Positions 1-10,888 of a stretch of DNA of 64,000 nt are shown piece by piece. The notes below the pieces were generated by a model. The model was given only the letters and a program-made list of their open reading frames with translations, did not search any database and was not told where the DNA came from. Positions within the stretch are counted from its first letter, which is position 1. Each line of letters opens with the position of its first letter. The DNA comes from an uncultured Pseudomonadota bacterium (GTDB taxonomy: Bacteria > Myxococcota_A > Polyangia > Fen-1088). The translations under genes were made by a program, and so were the position numbers. The stretch is taken from NCBI GenBank assembly GCA_963847705.1, contig CAWKBC010000047.1, positions 96,001 through 160,000 of the forward strand, in the 5' to 3' direction.

Positions 1-3000
1 CCCGGGGCGACCGAAGCGGCGTTGGTCGACAAGCTCAACGCCGGCCCGTTCCTGGTGAACTACCTCGGGCATGGCTCGGTGGAGGTGTGGGACGACCTGC
101 TGGACGACACCGCGGCCGGAGGGTTGAGCAACGGACATCCGTCGGTCTACGTCGTCATGAACTGCCTCAACGGATTCTTTCACGACCTCTACACGACCAG
201 TCTGGCCGAAACACTGTTGGAGGCGCCGGGAGGTGCCGTCGCGGTGTGGGCCTCCTCCACTTTGGCCGATTTCACTCAACAACCGACGCTTGACCAGGAG
301 TTCCTGATGGGAATTGGACGCGAGTCTCTCGGCGAGGCGGCCGTGGCCGCCAAGGGCGCCATCACCGACCTGGATGCGCGCCGGACCTGGCTGCTGTTCG
401 GCGATCCCACGCTGCTGGGATCACCCTCCTCCCCCGCGGCGCCGGACGCGGGCTCGGTGGACGCGGCACCGCCGCACGACGCTGGTCGGCCCGACGCCGC
501 CCAGACCACGGCGGACGGTGGGATGTCCGCTGCGGGCGGCCAGGATGCGGCGGGCGCCGGCGGTGGCAGCGGCGCGGCCGGCCGACCGGCCGACGCCGAT
601 GCGGCGGCCGACGCCTCCCACGCTCCGGCGGGCGGTGGCGGATGTGACTGTGCGGTGGGCGACGGCGCCGCCGGCTCGGCCGGGTCGGCCGCGATGACGT
701 TGCTGGGCCTGTGGGCGGCTGGCGCGCGCCGCCGCCGCGGCCATGGGCGTTCGCAAGGGAGGCGGCCTGGCCGGTGGTCCCGGCGGTGGTCGCAGCGGGC
801 TTTGGCCGCGCTGGTGCTGGCGCTCGGCGTGACGGCCGGTGCGCAGGCCCAGGCGGCCTACGGCTTCCGCATGGACCTCACGCTCGACCGCACGCGCGTC
901 GGCAACACCGGCGCACCCCCCACGTTGTCGAACTATCCGCTGCTGCTCGACATCACCAGCGCGAACCTGAGGACCGCGGTGAACGGCGGGCACGTGCAGA
1001 ACGCCAACGGCTACGACATCACCTTCGTCGGCACCGACACCACCACCTGCGGCGGCGCCTCGTCCTGCACGTTCAACTACGAGATCGAATCCTACTCGGC
1101 CAGCACCGGGCGCGTGATCGCCTGGGTCGAGATCCCGGGGCTGAAGACCATCTCGTCCACCTCGAACCAGATCATCACCGTCGAGTACGGCGACGCCACG
1201 ATCTCGTCGCCGACCCAGAACGTGAACGGCACCTGGGAGACGAACTTCAAGGCCGTCTGGCACATGAGCCAGTCGAGCAGCCCGGCCAGCGATTCGACCT
1301 CGACCGGCGCCAGCGCCTCGTTCAATGGTTCGCCCACGCCCGCCACCGCCGCGGGATTGATCGGGTCCGCCCTCAGCACCAGCGGCACCACCGGGGCTGG
1401 ATACCTCGATTACCGCTCGGCGACGTTCACCTGGGCTTCGACGGACACGTTCACTTACGAAGGGTGGTTCGAGACCAGCGACTCGTTTGGCCCTCTCTTC
1501 TCTCAGCGTGACAACGGCGCGGGCAATCCGGACATCGACATCACCATCGGGTACAACGGGGCCACCACCAGCGCGGGGACGATGTCCGTGCTGGTCCGCG
1601 ACGATGGGAGCACGACCTACGCCCAGGTGAACGGCGCCACGGCCCTCAATGACGGCAACTGGCACCACTTCGCCGTCACCCGCACCGGGGGCACCGTTCA
1701 GGTCTACGTGGACGGCGCTTCGATTGGGTCGTCGACTGACGCGGGCGCCAGCGGCAGCATCACCACCGACGCCTCGGGCGATTACCAGAACATCGGGCGG
1801 GAGGGGTACTGGGTCCAGACCGGCTATGGCAACGCCGACGAGCAATATCTGGCGGGGACCTTCGACGAATTCCGCATCTCGAACACGCTGCGCTCAGACG
1901 ACTGGATCGTCACCGACTACAACACGATGAAGTCTCCTTCGTCGACCTACACCCTGGGCGGCGAGGTGCCGACCAGTTGCGGCGATGGCACCAAGGTCGC
2001 CGGCGAGGCTTGCGACGACGGCAACATCGTCAGCGGCGACGGCTGCAGCGGCACGTGCACGATCGAGGCCGGTTACACCTGCGTGGGGACGATGCCCAGC
2101 GTCTGCTCCACCACCTGCGGCGACGGGATCGTGGCCGGCAGCGAACAGTGCGACGACGGCGGCACGGTCAGCGGCGACGGCTGCAGCAGCACCTGCACCG
2201 TCGAGAGCGGGTATCACTGCAGCGGCACGCCCAGCGTCTGCACCGCCGCCTCCGAGTTCAGCTACTACAAGACCATCAGCGTCGATCGAACCAAGGTGGG
2301 AACGGCGTCCGGTCCCACGACCTTGAGCAACTATCCGTTCCTGTTCAGCGTGACCGACAGCAGCCTGATGACCGTGGCGAACGGCGGCCGGGTGCAGAGC
2401 GCCAATGGCTACGACATCATCTTTCGCGGGATCGACGCCACCACCTGCGGCGGAACCACCGCCTGCACCTTCTCGCACGAGGTTGAACAGTACAACGGGA
2501 GCACCGGCCAGCTCATCGCCTGGGTGAACATCCCCGTCCTCAACACACAGACCAACAGCTCCAACACGTCGTTCGAGATCCTGTTCGGAAACGCCGGCAT
2601 CACGACCAGCACCGAGCGGGTCCCCTACACCTGGGACTCGAACTTCTCCGGGATCTGGCACCTCGGCCAGGATCCCACCGGGACGGCGCCGCAGATGACG
2701 GACTCGACGTCGAACGCCAACAACGGAACGTCCGCCAGCGCCACCCGGACCACCGGTGAGATCGGCTCGGGGGTGGCCACGGACGGAGCGACCAGCTACG
2801 TCTCGTTCAATTCTGGGTCGTCGCTCAACGTCGGCAGCGGAAACAGCTTCACCTACTCGGCGTGGGTCAAGACCACCGACGCCACCGGTGCCATCTTCTC
2901 GCTGCGGTCGAGCACCAACAGCAACCCGGTCCTCGACATCATGGTGGGCATGGACGGAGCCTCGACCAACGCGAGCCACCTGATGACCCTGGCGCGCGAT

Positions 3001-3924
3001 GACAGCGGCAGTGGGCTGGGCGACGCCGTCGAGACCTCGGCGCCCCTCAGCGACGGCAACTGGCACCTGGTGAACGTCACCCGCAGCGGCACCACCCTGA
3101 ACATCTACGACAACACCACCTTGGCCGGAACGGCCACCATCACCGCGTCGTCGATCTCGAGCGACCTGCGCGACCTCGGGACCGAGGGGCGCTGGGTGCA
3201 GGACAGCTACACCAGCGGTCCGAACGAATACCTGGCCGCCACGTTCGACGAGCTTCGCGCCTCGACCACCGCGCGCTCGCTCGACTGGATCACCACCGAC
3301 TACAACAACCAGTCGTCGCCCTCGACCTTCATCAGCTACACGCTGGGGTCGGCCGGCGAGGTGACGACCGACTCGCACACGGAAGCCGCCATCGTTTCTC
3401 TGCAGGCGACCGACAACTGCCCGGGGACCCTGATCGCCTGGCGGACCGGGTACGAGATCGACGCCCTCGGCTTCAACGTCTACCGGGAGCTGGGCGGCCA
3501 GCGCGTGCGCCTGAACGCCAGCCTCCTGCCCGCCCAGGGGATCACGGGCGGCGGCGGGTTCTCCTATCAGTTCACCGATGCGGCGTCGGCCAATCCGTCG
3601 CGCACCTACTGGGTCGAGGAGGTGCGGTTCAGCCTGGACAGTGATTGGTACGGGCCGGTCGGGCCCATTGCCGGCCCGGCCTGCGGGACCGGGACCGTCG
3701 TCCCAACCGGCCCGACCTATGGCAGCAGCAGCAGCCCCACGCCGGTGGTCGCCGCCTCGCCGCCGGCGGAAGCCGGGACGGCGGGTGGTTGCACCGTCGG
3801 GGGCCGCACCCCCACCTCCTGGCTGGCGTTCCTGGCCGCCGCGGTCTTCCTGCTGGGCGCGGGCCTGCGGCGGCCGCGCGCCGCCGCCGCCCGGCAGACC
3901 CGGCGCTCGCAAAGAGAGAATTGA
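1..3924 (+). CDS. 5'-truncated surface polyprotein: C25 (gingipain-like) peptidase C-terminus, MYXO-CTERM, internal signal peptide, 2x (DUF2341 + LamG/ConA-like), myxobacterial Cys-rich repeats, Ig-like C-terminal domain, MYXO-CTERM
   Basis: NYLGHGS...MNCLNG...LFGDP is the C25 His/Cys region. [14 protein letters not shown] and W.H....R...Y.DG..FDE.RIS match DUF2341/LamG. CGDG..GE.CDDG..SGDGCS repeats. GGC-x-x...TM-RR motif occurs twice. The ORF is open at the window edge. Confidence 0.85.
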   Translation, partial: PGATEAALVDKLNAGPFLVNYLGHGSVEVWDDLLDDTAAGGLSNGHPSVYVVMNCLNGFFHDLYTTSLAETLLEAPGGAVAVWASSTLADFTQQPTLDQEFLMGIGRESLGEAAVAAKGAITDLDARRTWLLFGDPTLLGSPSSPAAPDAGSVDAAPPHDAGRPDAAQTTADGGMSAAGGQDAAGAGGGSGAAGRPADADAAADASHAPAGGGGCDCAVGDGAAGSAGSAAMTLLGLWAAGARRRRGHGRSQGRRPGRWSRRWSQRALAALVLALGVTAGAQAQAAYGFRMDLTLDRTRVGNTGAPPTLSNYPLLLDITSANLRTAVNGGHVQNANGYDITFVGTDTTTCGGASSCTFNYEIESYSASTGRVIAWVEIPGLKTISSTSNQIITVEYGDATISSPTQNVNGTWETNFKAVWHMSQSSSPASDSTSTGASASFNGSPTPATAAGLIGSALSTSGTTGAGYLDYRSATFTWASTDTFTYEGWFETSDSFGPLFSQRDNGAGNPDIDITIGYNGATTSAGTMSVLVRDDGSTTYAQVNGATALNDGNWHHFAVTRTGGTVQVYVDGASIGSSTDAGASGSITTDASGDYQNIGREGYWVQTGYGNADEQYLAGTFDEFRISNTLRSDDWIVTDYNTMKSPSSTYTLGGEVPTSCGDGTKVAGEACDDGNIVSGDGCSGTCTIEAGYTCVGTMPSVCSTTCGDGIVAGSEQCDDGGTVSGDGCSSTCTVESGYHCSGTPSVCTAASEFSYYKTISVDRTKVGTASGPTTLSNYPFLFSVTDSSLMTVANGGRVQSANGYDIIFRGIDATTCGGTTACTFSHEVEQYNGSTGQLIAWVNIPVLNTQTNSSNTSFEILFGNAGITTSTERVPYTWDSNFSGIWHLGQDPTGTAPQMTDSTSNANNGTSASATRTTGEIGSGVATDGATSYVSFNSGSSLNVGSGNSFTYSAWVKTTDATGAIFSLRSSTNSNPVLDIMVGMDGASTNASHLMTLARDDSGSGLGDAVETSAPLSDGNWHLVNVTRSGTTLNIYDNTTLAGTATITASSISSDLRDLGTEGRWVQDSYTSGPNEYLAATFDELRASTTARSLDWITTDYNNQSSPSTFISYTLGSAGEVTTDSHTEAAIVSLQATDNCPGTLIAWRTGYEIDALGFNVYRELGGQRVRLNASLLPAQGITGGGGFSYQFTDAASANPSRTYWVEEVRFSLDSDWYGPVGPIAGPACGTGTVVPTGPTYGSSSSPTPVVAASPPAEAGTAGGCTVGGRTPTSWLAFLAAAVFLLGAGLRRPRAAAARQTRRSQREN

Positions 3925-3999
3925 CAAAAAGCGCACGGCCGCTCGACAATCACGCTCGTCCGTCTGGGGGGAGGCGGCTTTAGCGAAAGGCTATCTCCC

Positions 4000-4707
4000 T
4001 TGGCGCAAAGAAAGAAAACCGGGCGCTCCGATGGCGCCGGCACCGTCGGCGACGAGATCGGATCGATCGTTCACGATCTCCGCAACGTCTTCTCGGCCAT
4101 CCGTGGATTCGCCACGGTCGTCGGCGAGGAGCTGCGCCCGGGCGATCCGTCGCGGGACGACATCGAACAGATCCTGAAGGCGGTGGATCGCGGCGTCACC
4201 GTGTCGCACCGGCTCTCGGCGTTGCGCCCGCGCGACAGCGTGACACCGAAGCCGATCGAGGCCTTGCCGGCGCCGGTCGACGTCAATCTGGATTTCGAGC
4301 AGTCGGACTCCTGGGCGCTGCAGCAGCCGAAGCGGTCGGCCAGCGTGCTGGTGGTCGAGGACGACGATCTGTTGCGACCGATGATCGTGCGCGTGCTGCG
4401 CCGGAATGGCTACGCCACGCTGGAGGCGTCCAACATCACCGAGGCCGAGGAGCAGGCCCTCGCGCACGGCAAGGCGGTCGACCTCTTGCTGCTGGACGTC
4501 GGGTTGCCGGGGGCGAGCGGGCCCGAGATCGCCGAGCGTCTCAAGCAGCAGTGCCCCACGGTGAAGGTGCTGTTCATCAGCGGCTTCGGCCGAAAGGCGC
4601 TGGCGGAGCGCGGCGTCCGACCCGGCCCAGGCCTCCTCGAAAAGCCCTTCGCCCCGCTCACCTTGCTCGAGCGCATCGAAGCCATCCTGGCCCCCGGAAG
4701 CTCGTAG
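4000..4707 (+). CDS. HisKA-like dimerisation segment fused to a receiver (REC) domain, no HATPase
   Basis: H-box HDLRNVFSAIRG, then VLVVEDD..LLLLDVGLP..FISG..KPF. Confidence 0.8.
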   Translation: MAQRKKTGRSDGAGTVGDEIGSIVHDLRNVFSAIRGFATVVGEELRPGDPSRDDIEQILKAVDRGVTVSHRLSALRPRDSVTPKPIEALPAPVDVNLDFEQSDSWALQQPKRSASVLVVEDDDLLRPMIVRVLRRNGYATLEASNITEAEEQALAHGKAVDLLLLDVGLPGASGPEIAERLKQQCPTVKVLFISGFGRKALAERGVRPGPGLLEKPFAPLTLLERIEAILAPGSS

Positions 4708-4721
4708 CAGAGGCTCTCCCA

Positions 4722-6035
4722 TCAAGATCGTCCGAGGGCCAGGCAGAGAGCGGCGCGAGCGGTGGCGAGGTCGTACTGGGCGCCGACCTCCTGCGCGCCG
4801 GCCAGCTCCGCGGCCAGCTCCGCGTCGCTCAGCTCGATGATGCTTCCGACGCCGGCGGCGTAGCGTCCGTCGGCCATCCGCAGCCGCGCCTGGGCGCCCT
4901 TCAGCGCCTCCCCCGAGGCGACCAGGGCCTCCAGCGAGGCGCGCACCCCGAGCACGGCCTGCTCGACCGCCACCCAGACCTGCTGCACGAGCGCGTCGTG
5001 CTGGGCGTGCAGGCCGTCGAGCGTGGCGTTGGCCTCGTGCACGAGCCCGTGGGTGAGGAGGCCCTGAAACACCTCCCAGGTGAGCTGGACACCGCCGAAG
5101 ATGTTCCAGGCCATCCCGCCGTAGGGCACCACCTGCCCGAAGTTGTCGAGGACGTGCGACTTTTCGAACGACTGCCCTGCGGTCTCGGCGCCCGCCACCG
5201 CGCTCAGGGTCGGCCAGTAGCTGTCACGCGTGGCCTTCACGGTCAGCTCCTGCGCGTGGATCTGCGCCTCCATCGCGGCGAGGTCGGGGCGCGCCCGGAT
5301 CGCCTCTTCGATGAGCGCTCCGACTCCGCTCGCCTCGCCCGGCTGCGGCTGCAGCGTCGCGTCGGCGACATCGTAGTCGGTGTCACCGGTGGTGCCCATC
5401 GCCTGGTTCAGCTCGGCGCGCGCCACCGCATAGCTGTTCTCCGAGCGGATCACCTGGACGCGTGCGTTGGCCTCGTCGGCCACCGCCTGCGCCAGATCGA
5501 TGTCGGGCCGCGTGCCTGCGTGGACGAAGCCACGAATCTGCTCGAGGTGGCGCTGCCGGTTGCCGAGCGTCTGGCGCGCCACCGCCACCAGCGCCTTCTG
5601 GGCGTCGGCGCGGAAGTACGCCGTCCGCACGTCGGCGATCGCCTGCAGCCGCATCGCCCGCGCGGTGTCACCGAGCGCGACCGCCCGGGCCTTGGCCGCC
5701 CGCCAGCGGTTGGGCGCCTGGCCGAAGTCCCACAGCAGTTGATTGATCGAGGCCTGACCGTCGTACCAGTTGAAAGAGTCGAAGGTGTTGCCGTAGTTGT
5801 TGGTGTGCCCCGGCTTCTGCGGACGGTTGCCGGTGGTCCGCTCGTAGAGCCCCTCGAGCTTCACCTGCGGCAAGAGCGGCGCCCGCGCCTCCTCGTTGCG
5901 CGCCAGGCCGGCCGCCACGTTGGCGTCGGCCAGGTGAATGTCGGGCCGCTGGGCGGCGGCGGCGCGCTCGGCCTCCTCCAGCGTGACGGTGCGGGCGGTG
6001 AGCGCCAGCAGCAGGGTGGCGGCCGGGATCATCAT
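4722..6035 (-). CDS. TolC-family outer membrane efflux protein
   Basis: Real start MMIPAATLLLAL overlaps the permease stop (ATGA). OEP repeats and RYAAGVGSIIELSDAE. The longer ORF to 7346 is a spurious extension. Confidence 0.88.
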   Translation of the reverse strand: MMIPAATLLLALTARTVTLEEAERAAAAQRPDIHLADANVAAGLARNEEARAPLLPQVKLEGLYERTTGNRPQKPGHTNNYGNTFDSFNWYDGQASINQLLWDFGQAPNRWRAAKARAVALGDTARAMRLQAIADVRTAYFRADAQKALVAVARQTLGNRQRHLEQIRGFVHAGTRPDIDLAQAVADEANARVQVIRSENSYAVARAELNQAMGTTGDTDYDVADATLQPQPGEASGVGALIEEAIRARPDLAAMEAQIHAQELTVKATRDSYWPTLSAVAGAETAGQSFEKSHVLDNFGQVVPYGGMAWNIFGGVQLTWEVFQGLLTHGLVHEANATLDGLHAQHDALVQQVWVAVEQAVLGVRASLEALVASGEALKGAQARLRMADGRYAAGVGSIIELSDAELAAELAGAQEVGAQYDLATARAALCLALGRS

Positions 6036-7276
6036 TCGTACCGCAGCGCCATGATCGGATCGAGGCGCGAGGCCTTGCGCGCCGGGTAGAGGCCAAAGCC
6101 GATGCCGACCGCGGCCGAAAAGCCCACCGCCAGCGCGATCACCTCGGGACGGATCAACATCGGCCAGCCGAAGCGGACCGCCAGCCTCTCCGCGGCGACC
6201 AGGCCCAGCGTCACGCCGAGGAGGCCCCCCGCCAGCGACAGCGCCAGCGCCTCGGCCAGGAACTGCAGCAGGATGTGGCGGCGCTTGGCCCCCACCGCCA
6301 CCCGCACGCCGATCTCGCGGGTCCGCTCGGTGACGCTGACCAGCATGATGTTCATGATCCCGATCCCGCCCACCAGCAACGACACCGCCGCGATGCTGGC
6401 CAGCAGCATGGTGAGCGCCTGGGTGCTCTCCTCCTTGCGCGAGGCGGTCTCGGTCAGGTTCTTGATCGAGAAGTCGTCCTCGCCGCCCAGCGCGATCCCG
6501 TGGCGATCGCGCAAGAGCGCCGCCACCTTGTCGGCGATCTCGGTCGTCTGATCGTCCGAGTCGACCTCGATCATGATCGTGCCGGGGATGAACTTCTGCA
6601 GACCGCCCTGGATCTTGGCCAGGAAGGTGGTCACGGGGACGAAGACCACGTCGTCGTAGTCGCCGCCGCCGGCCGACTGCCCCTTGCGCTCGGCGACGCC
6701 GGCCACCTGGAAGGGGACGTTCTGGATGCGCACGATCTGTCCGGTCGGATCGGAGTTGGCCCCGAAGAGGCGCTCGGCGACCGTCTGACCGAGGACCACC
6801 ACCTTGGCGCCCGAGTCGGCCTGCTCGGGTGTCAGGCCGGGGCCAAGGCGCATCGGCCAGTTGCGGATCTCGAAGAACTCCGGCGTCGTGCCGTCGATGA
6901 CGGTCAACCAGTTGCGATCTTCGGCGACGACTTGCCCGGTGGTGTGGACCCGCGGCGCCACGAACTTCACGTCGGCGACGTCGGTCTTGATGGCGCGCAG
7001 ATCGTCCCAGGTCAGCGTGGGGAGCGTGCCGGCCCCGGCCTTGGCGCCGCCGGCGGTCTTGGCGCCCGAGGAGACGATGAGGACGTTGGTCCCCATCGAG
7101 GCGAAGGCCTGCTCGACGCGCGCGCGCGCCCCTTCGCCGATGGCCACCATGGCGATGACGGCCGCCACCCCGATGATGATGCCGAGCGCGGTGAGGAACG
7201 AGCGCAGCTTGTTGCGCAGGAGCGCCCGCCCCGCCACCCGGACGACGTCTCCGGCGCGCATCTGGCTGACCGTCAC
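6032..7276 (-). CDS. MacB-like ABC transporter permease (MacB_PCD + FtsX)
   Basis: RNKLRSFLTALGIIIG; GGIGIMNIMLVSVTERTREIGVR; LDPIMALRYE. Confidence 0.95.
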   Translation of the reverse strand: MTVSQMRAGDVVRVAGRALLRNKLRSFLTALGIIIGVAAVIAMVAIGEGARARVEQAFASMGTNVLIVSSGAKTAGGAKAGAGTLPTLTWDDLRAIKTDVADVKFVAPRVHTTGQVVAEDRNWLTVIDGTTPEFFEIRNWPMRLGPGLTPEQADSGAKVVVLGQTVAERLFGANSDPTGQIVRIQNVPFQVAGVAERKGQSAGGGDYDDVVFVPVTTFLAKIQGGLQKFIPGTIMIEVDSDDQTTEIADKVAALLRDRHGIALGGEDDFSIKNLTETASRKEESTQALTMLLASIAAVSLLVGGIGIMNIMLVSVTERTREIGVRVAVGAKRRHILLQFLAEALALSLAGGLLGVTLGLVAAERLAVRFGWPMLIRPEVIALAVGFSAAVGIGFGLYPARKASRLDPIMALRYE

Positions 7277-8040
7277 GGCGCCACCGCCCGGGGGTGCGCC
7301 GCGGCGCGGACCGCCAGGTCCGCCTCGGTCCGGCGGTCGTCTTCAATGCGGCTGTCGCGTTCGATGAGCCCGTCGCGCACGACGATGACCCGGCGCGCGT
7401 GGGCGGCGATGTCGGGCTCGTGGGTGACGAGGACGATGGTCATCCCCTCCTCGCCCAGCTGCTGCAGCAGCGCCATCATCTCCAGGCTGGCGTGCGAGTC
7501 GAGGTTGCCGGTCGGCTCGTCGGCCAGGATGAGGCGCGGCCGGTTGACCAGCGCGCGCGCGATCGCCACCCGCTGCTGCTGCCCGCCCGACAGCTGGCTC
7601 GGGTGATGGTGGAGCCGCTCACCGAGGCCGACCCGCTCCAGCGCCTCCTTGGCCCGGGCCCGCCGCAGCGCCGGGCGCAGGCCGGTGTAGACCAGCGGCA
7701 GCTCGACGTTCTCCAGCGCCGTGGTGCGCGCCAGCAGGTTGAAGCTCTGGAACACGAAGCCGAGGGTCTGGCTGCGCACCTCGGCCAGCGCGTCGGCGTC
7801 GAGGCGCGACACCTCCGCGCCGTCGAGGAAATACTCGCCGGTCGAGGGGCGGTCGAGGCAGCCAAGGACGTTCATCAGCGTCGACTTGCCCGAGCCCGAG
7901 GCCCCCATGATGGCGGCGAACTCACCCACGCCGATCTGCAGGCTCACGCCCCGCAGCGCGTGCACGTCGAAGTCCCCCATCCGGTAGGTCTTGGTCACGC
8001 CGGTGATCGCGACGAGCGCCGACGCGTCGGCGTCGTCCAT
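7273..8040 (-). CDS. ABC transporter ATP-binding protein (MacB/LolD-like)
   Basis: GASGSGKST, LSGGQQQRVAIARAL, LADEPTGNLD. Confidence 0.95.
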   Translation of the reverse strand: MDDADASALVAITGVTKTYRMGDFDVHALRGVSLQIGVGEFAAIMGASGSGKSTLMNVLGCLDRPSTGEYFLDGAEVSRLDADALAEVRSQTLGFVFQSFNLLARTTALENVELPLVYTGLRPALRRARAKEALERVGLGERLHHHPSQLSGGQQQRVAIARALVNRPRLILADEPTGNLDSHASLEMMALLQQLGEEGMTIVLVTHEPDIAAHARRVIVVRDGLIERDSRIEDDRRTEADLAVRAAAHPRAVAP

Positions 8041-9332
8041 CAGAAGAGCCCGCCCTTGGTCTTGGCCCTGGCCTCGGCGCGCTCGTTCTTGTCGAGCGCG
8101 TCGGTGACGATGACATCCCCTTCGGCCAGCTCGCCGCCCTTCACCTCGACGTTGCTCCCGTCGGCCACGCCCACCTCGATCGGCACCGCGACCAGCCGTT
8201 CCTCGCGCACCGCCCAGACCGTGCGGTGCGGACCGGGACCCTCCGCTGCGTCGTTGCCCGCCTGTGCCTTGCCATTCGCGCCCGCGCCGGCCAGCGGGTG
8301 CTCCTTGGCTTTCTCCTTCTTGTGCTTCTTGGCAGGCGCGGCCAGGCCCGACTCGGCCAGCAGCTCAGGTGGCGGCAGGAAGCGCAGCGCCGCGCTGGGA
8401 ATGCGCAGCACCCCTTTGTGCGCGGCGTAGACGAAGGTGACGTTGGCGGTCATCCCCGGCTTCAGCCGGTGGTCGGGGTTGTCGACGTCGATGACGGCGT
8501 CGTAGGTCACCACGTTCTGCAGGGTCTGCGGCGCGTCGCGGATCTGCCGGATGACGCCCTTCCATCGCTCGTCGGGGTAGGCGTCGACCACGAAGGTGGC
8601 CGGCATCTCGGGCGCCAGGCGCCCGACGTCGGCCTCGCTGACCGCCGCGTGCACCTGCATCTTCCCGAGATCCTCGGCGATCGTGTAGAGCGTCGGCGCC
8701 TGCAGCGAGGCCGCGACCGTCTGCCCGACGTCGACGTTGCGCGAGATGACCACGCCGTTGATCGGCGAGATGACCGTGGTGTAGCCCAGGTTCACCGTCG
8801 CCTGGTGGAGGTTGGCGCGCGCCTGCTCCAGATCGCCGCGCGCCGTATCGACCGCCGCGGCCGACGAGGCGGCTTGCAGCTCGGCGGAGTCGAAGTCGGC
8901 GGCGGCGATCAGGTTCTTCGATTTCAGCTCCTGCGCGCGGGCCAGCTGCTTCTTGGCGTTGTCGGCCTTGGTGATCGATTCGTGCAGGGCCCCGGCGGCG
9001 GCGTCGCGGTTGGCGCGTGCCTGCTCCGCTGCGGCTTGAAAGAGCTGCGGGTCGAGCCGGGCGATCACCTGCCCGCGCGTCACCCGCTGGCCGAAGTCGG
9101 CGTAGAGATTGGTGATGCGCCCCGAGACCTGGCTGCCGACCTGCACGGTGACCAGCGCCGACAGCGCACCGGTCGCGGTGACGCGCCCGACGACGTCGCC
9201 GCGCTCGACGCGCGACTTCTCCAGATGAAAGGCCGATCGGTGCGCGCTGAAGCGGGCTCCGAACGCCACCCACCCCCCGCCCGCGCAGACCACCGCCAGG
9301 AGGCCCACCAACACTCCCACCCGCCGACTCAT
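8040..9332 (-). CDS. MacA-like periplasmic adaptor (membrane fusion protein)
   Basis: VQVGSQVSGRI; SPINGVVISRNVDVGQTVAASLQAPTL; LKPGMTANV. Confidence 0.92.
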   Translation of the reverse strand: MSRRVGVLVGLLAVVCAGGGWVAFGARFSAHRSAFHLEKSRVERGDVVGRVTATGALSALVTVQVGSQVSGRITNLYADFGQRVTRGQVIARLDPQLFQAAAEQARANRDAAAGALHESITKADNAKKQLARAQELKSKNLIAAADFDSAELQAASSAAAVDTARGDLEQARANLHQATVNLGYTTVISPINGVVISRNVDVGQTVAASLQAPTLYTIAEDLGKMQVHAAVSEADVGRLAPEMPATFVVDAYPDERWKGVIRQIRDAPQTLQNVVTYDAVIDVDNPDHRLKPGMTANVTFVYAAHKGVLRIPSAALRFLPPPELLAESGLAAPAKKHKKEKAKEHPLAGAGANGKAQAGNDAAEGPGPHRTVWAVREERLVAVPIEVGVADGSNVEVKGGELAEGDVIVTDALDKNERAEARAKTKGGLF

Positions 9333-9408
9333 GTGACGACGACCACCACCCCAAGCTAAAGCCGGACGGTCGTCGGTAAAGGGGCGGGATGCCCCTGCGG
9401 CCTACGGC

Positions 9409-10857
9409 TCAGCTGGCGGTGGCGGCGGTGACGTCGGCGATGATCTGGCGCAGACGGCCCTCCATGAGCGCCTTGATCTCGGCGAGGCGCTCCGGACCGT
9501 CGGCCTCGAAGCGCATGACCAGCACCGGGCCGGTGTTCGAGGCGCGCACCAGGCCCCAGCCGACGTTCTTGCCGGAGGGCTTGCCGGAAGGCTGGCCGTC
9601 TCGTGTTCGTTCCTGCGCTCCCGGTTCCTGGAAGAGGACGCGCACGCCGTCCACATCGACGATCGAATAGCGTTCGCGGAACCAGGCCACGGCGCGCCGC
9701 ACGACCTCGAACTTGATGTCGTCGGGGCAGGGCATCCGGATCTCGGGGGTGTTGTGCAAAACCGGGAGCGTGTCGTAGAGCTCCGCCAGCGTCTGCTTGG
9801 AATGGCTGAGCAGCTCGACCAGGCGCATCCCGGCGTAGACCGCGTCGTCGAACCCGAACCAGCGATCGGCGAAGAACATGTGCCCCGACATCTCCCCCGC
9901 CAGCGCGGCCTTCTCCTCCTTCATCTTGGCCTTGATGAGCGAGTGGCCGACCTTCCACATGATGGCCCGGCCGCCCAGGCGCCCGATCTCGTCGAACAGC
10001 GCCTGGCTGCACTTCACCTCGCTGACGAAGGTGGCGCCCGGCTGTCGGGTCAGGATCTCCCGCCCGAACAGCATGACCAGCTGATCGCCCCAGAGAATTC
10101 GCCCCTGACCGTCGACCGCGCCGACCCGATCGGCGTCGCCGTCGAGCGCGATCCCCACCTCCGCGCCCGTCGCCTTCACGCGCGCGATGAGATCGGCCAG
10201 GTTCTCGGGGACGGTGGGATCGGGATGGTGGTTGGGGAACCGCCCGTCGGGGTCGCAGTAGAGCTCGCCGGTCTCGACCCCCAGCTTCTTGAGGATCGGG
10301 ATCAGGGCCGGCCCGCCGGTGCCGTTGCCGCCGTCGACCACCACCTTGATGGGCCGCGGGCCCAGCTTGATGTTGTCGGCGATGTACGCCACGTAGTCGC
10401 GGAGGATGTCGTGCTCGGTGGCGCGTCCGGGGGCGACGTCGGTTCGAAACGCGCGCTTCTCGATCTTCTGGCGCAGCTTCTGGATCTCGCCACCGTAGAT
10501 GGTGCTCTTGCCGCAGACGATCTTGAAGCCGTTGTCCTCGGAGGGGTTGTGGCTGGCGGTGATCATCACGCCGCCGTCGGCGCCCAGGTGAAAGACCGAG
10601 AAGTAGAGGCCGGGCGAGTGGACCACGCCGACGTCGACGACGTCGATCCCGGCGGCCAGCAGCTCGCGCTTGAAGGTGGCGTGGATGCGGGGCGAGGAGA
10701 TCCGGCAGTCGCGCCCCAGCGTCACCCGGCGGGCGCCCGCTTCGGCGAAGTAGGCGCCGGTCGCCCGACCGAGGTCGGCCACGAAGTCGTCGGGAAAGTC
10801 GCTCTCGGCGACCCCACGGATGTCGTATTCGCGAAAGACTCTGGGGTTCATCGGCAT
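9409..10857 (-). CDS. algC: Phosphomannomutase/phosphoglucomutase
   Basis: FREYDIRG, TASHNP, DGDADR, GEMSGH, RASNT. Confidence 0.93.
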   Translation of the reverse strand: MPMNPRVFREYDIRGVAESDFPDDFVADLGRATGAYFAEAGARRVTLGRDCRISSPRIHATFKRELLAAGIDVVDVGVVHSPGLYFSVFHLGADGGVMITASHNPSEDNGFKIVCGKSTIYGGEIQKLRQKIEKRAFRTDVAPGRATEHDILRDYVAYIADNIKLGPRPIKVVVDGGNGTGGPALIPILKKLGVETGELYCDPDGRFPNHHPDPTVPENLADLIARVKATGAEVGIALDGDADRVGAVDGQGRILWGDQLVMLFGREILTRQPGATFVSEVKCSQALFDEIGRLGGRAIMWKVGHSLIKAKMKEEKAALAGEMSGHMFFADRWFGFDDAVYAGMRLVELLSHSKQTLAELYDTLPVLHNTPEIRMPCPDDIKFEVVRRAVAWFRERYSIVDVDGVRVLFQEPGAQERTRDGQPSGKPSGKNVGWGLVRASNTGPVLVMRFEADGPERLAEIKALMEGRLRQIIADVTAATAS

Positions 10858-10888
10858 GATTTTGCGCTGTTCCTACAACAGGATGTTG

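Noticed and set aside
6036-7346. Apparent 874-aa ORF extending TolC upstream
   Set aside because: The extension is an Arg-rich shadow frame over the permease. The real start is the ATG at 6035.
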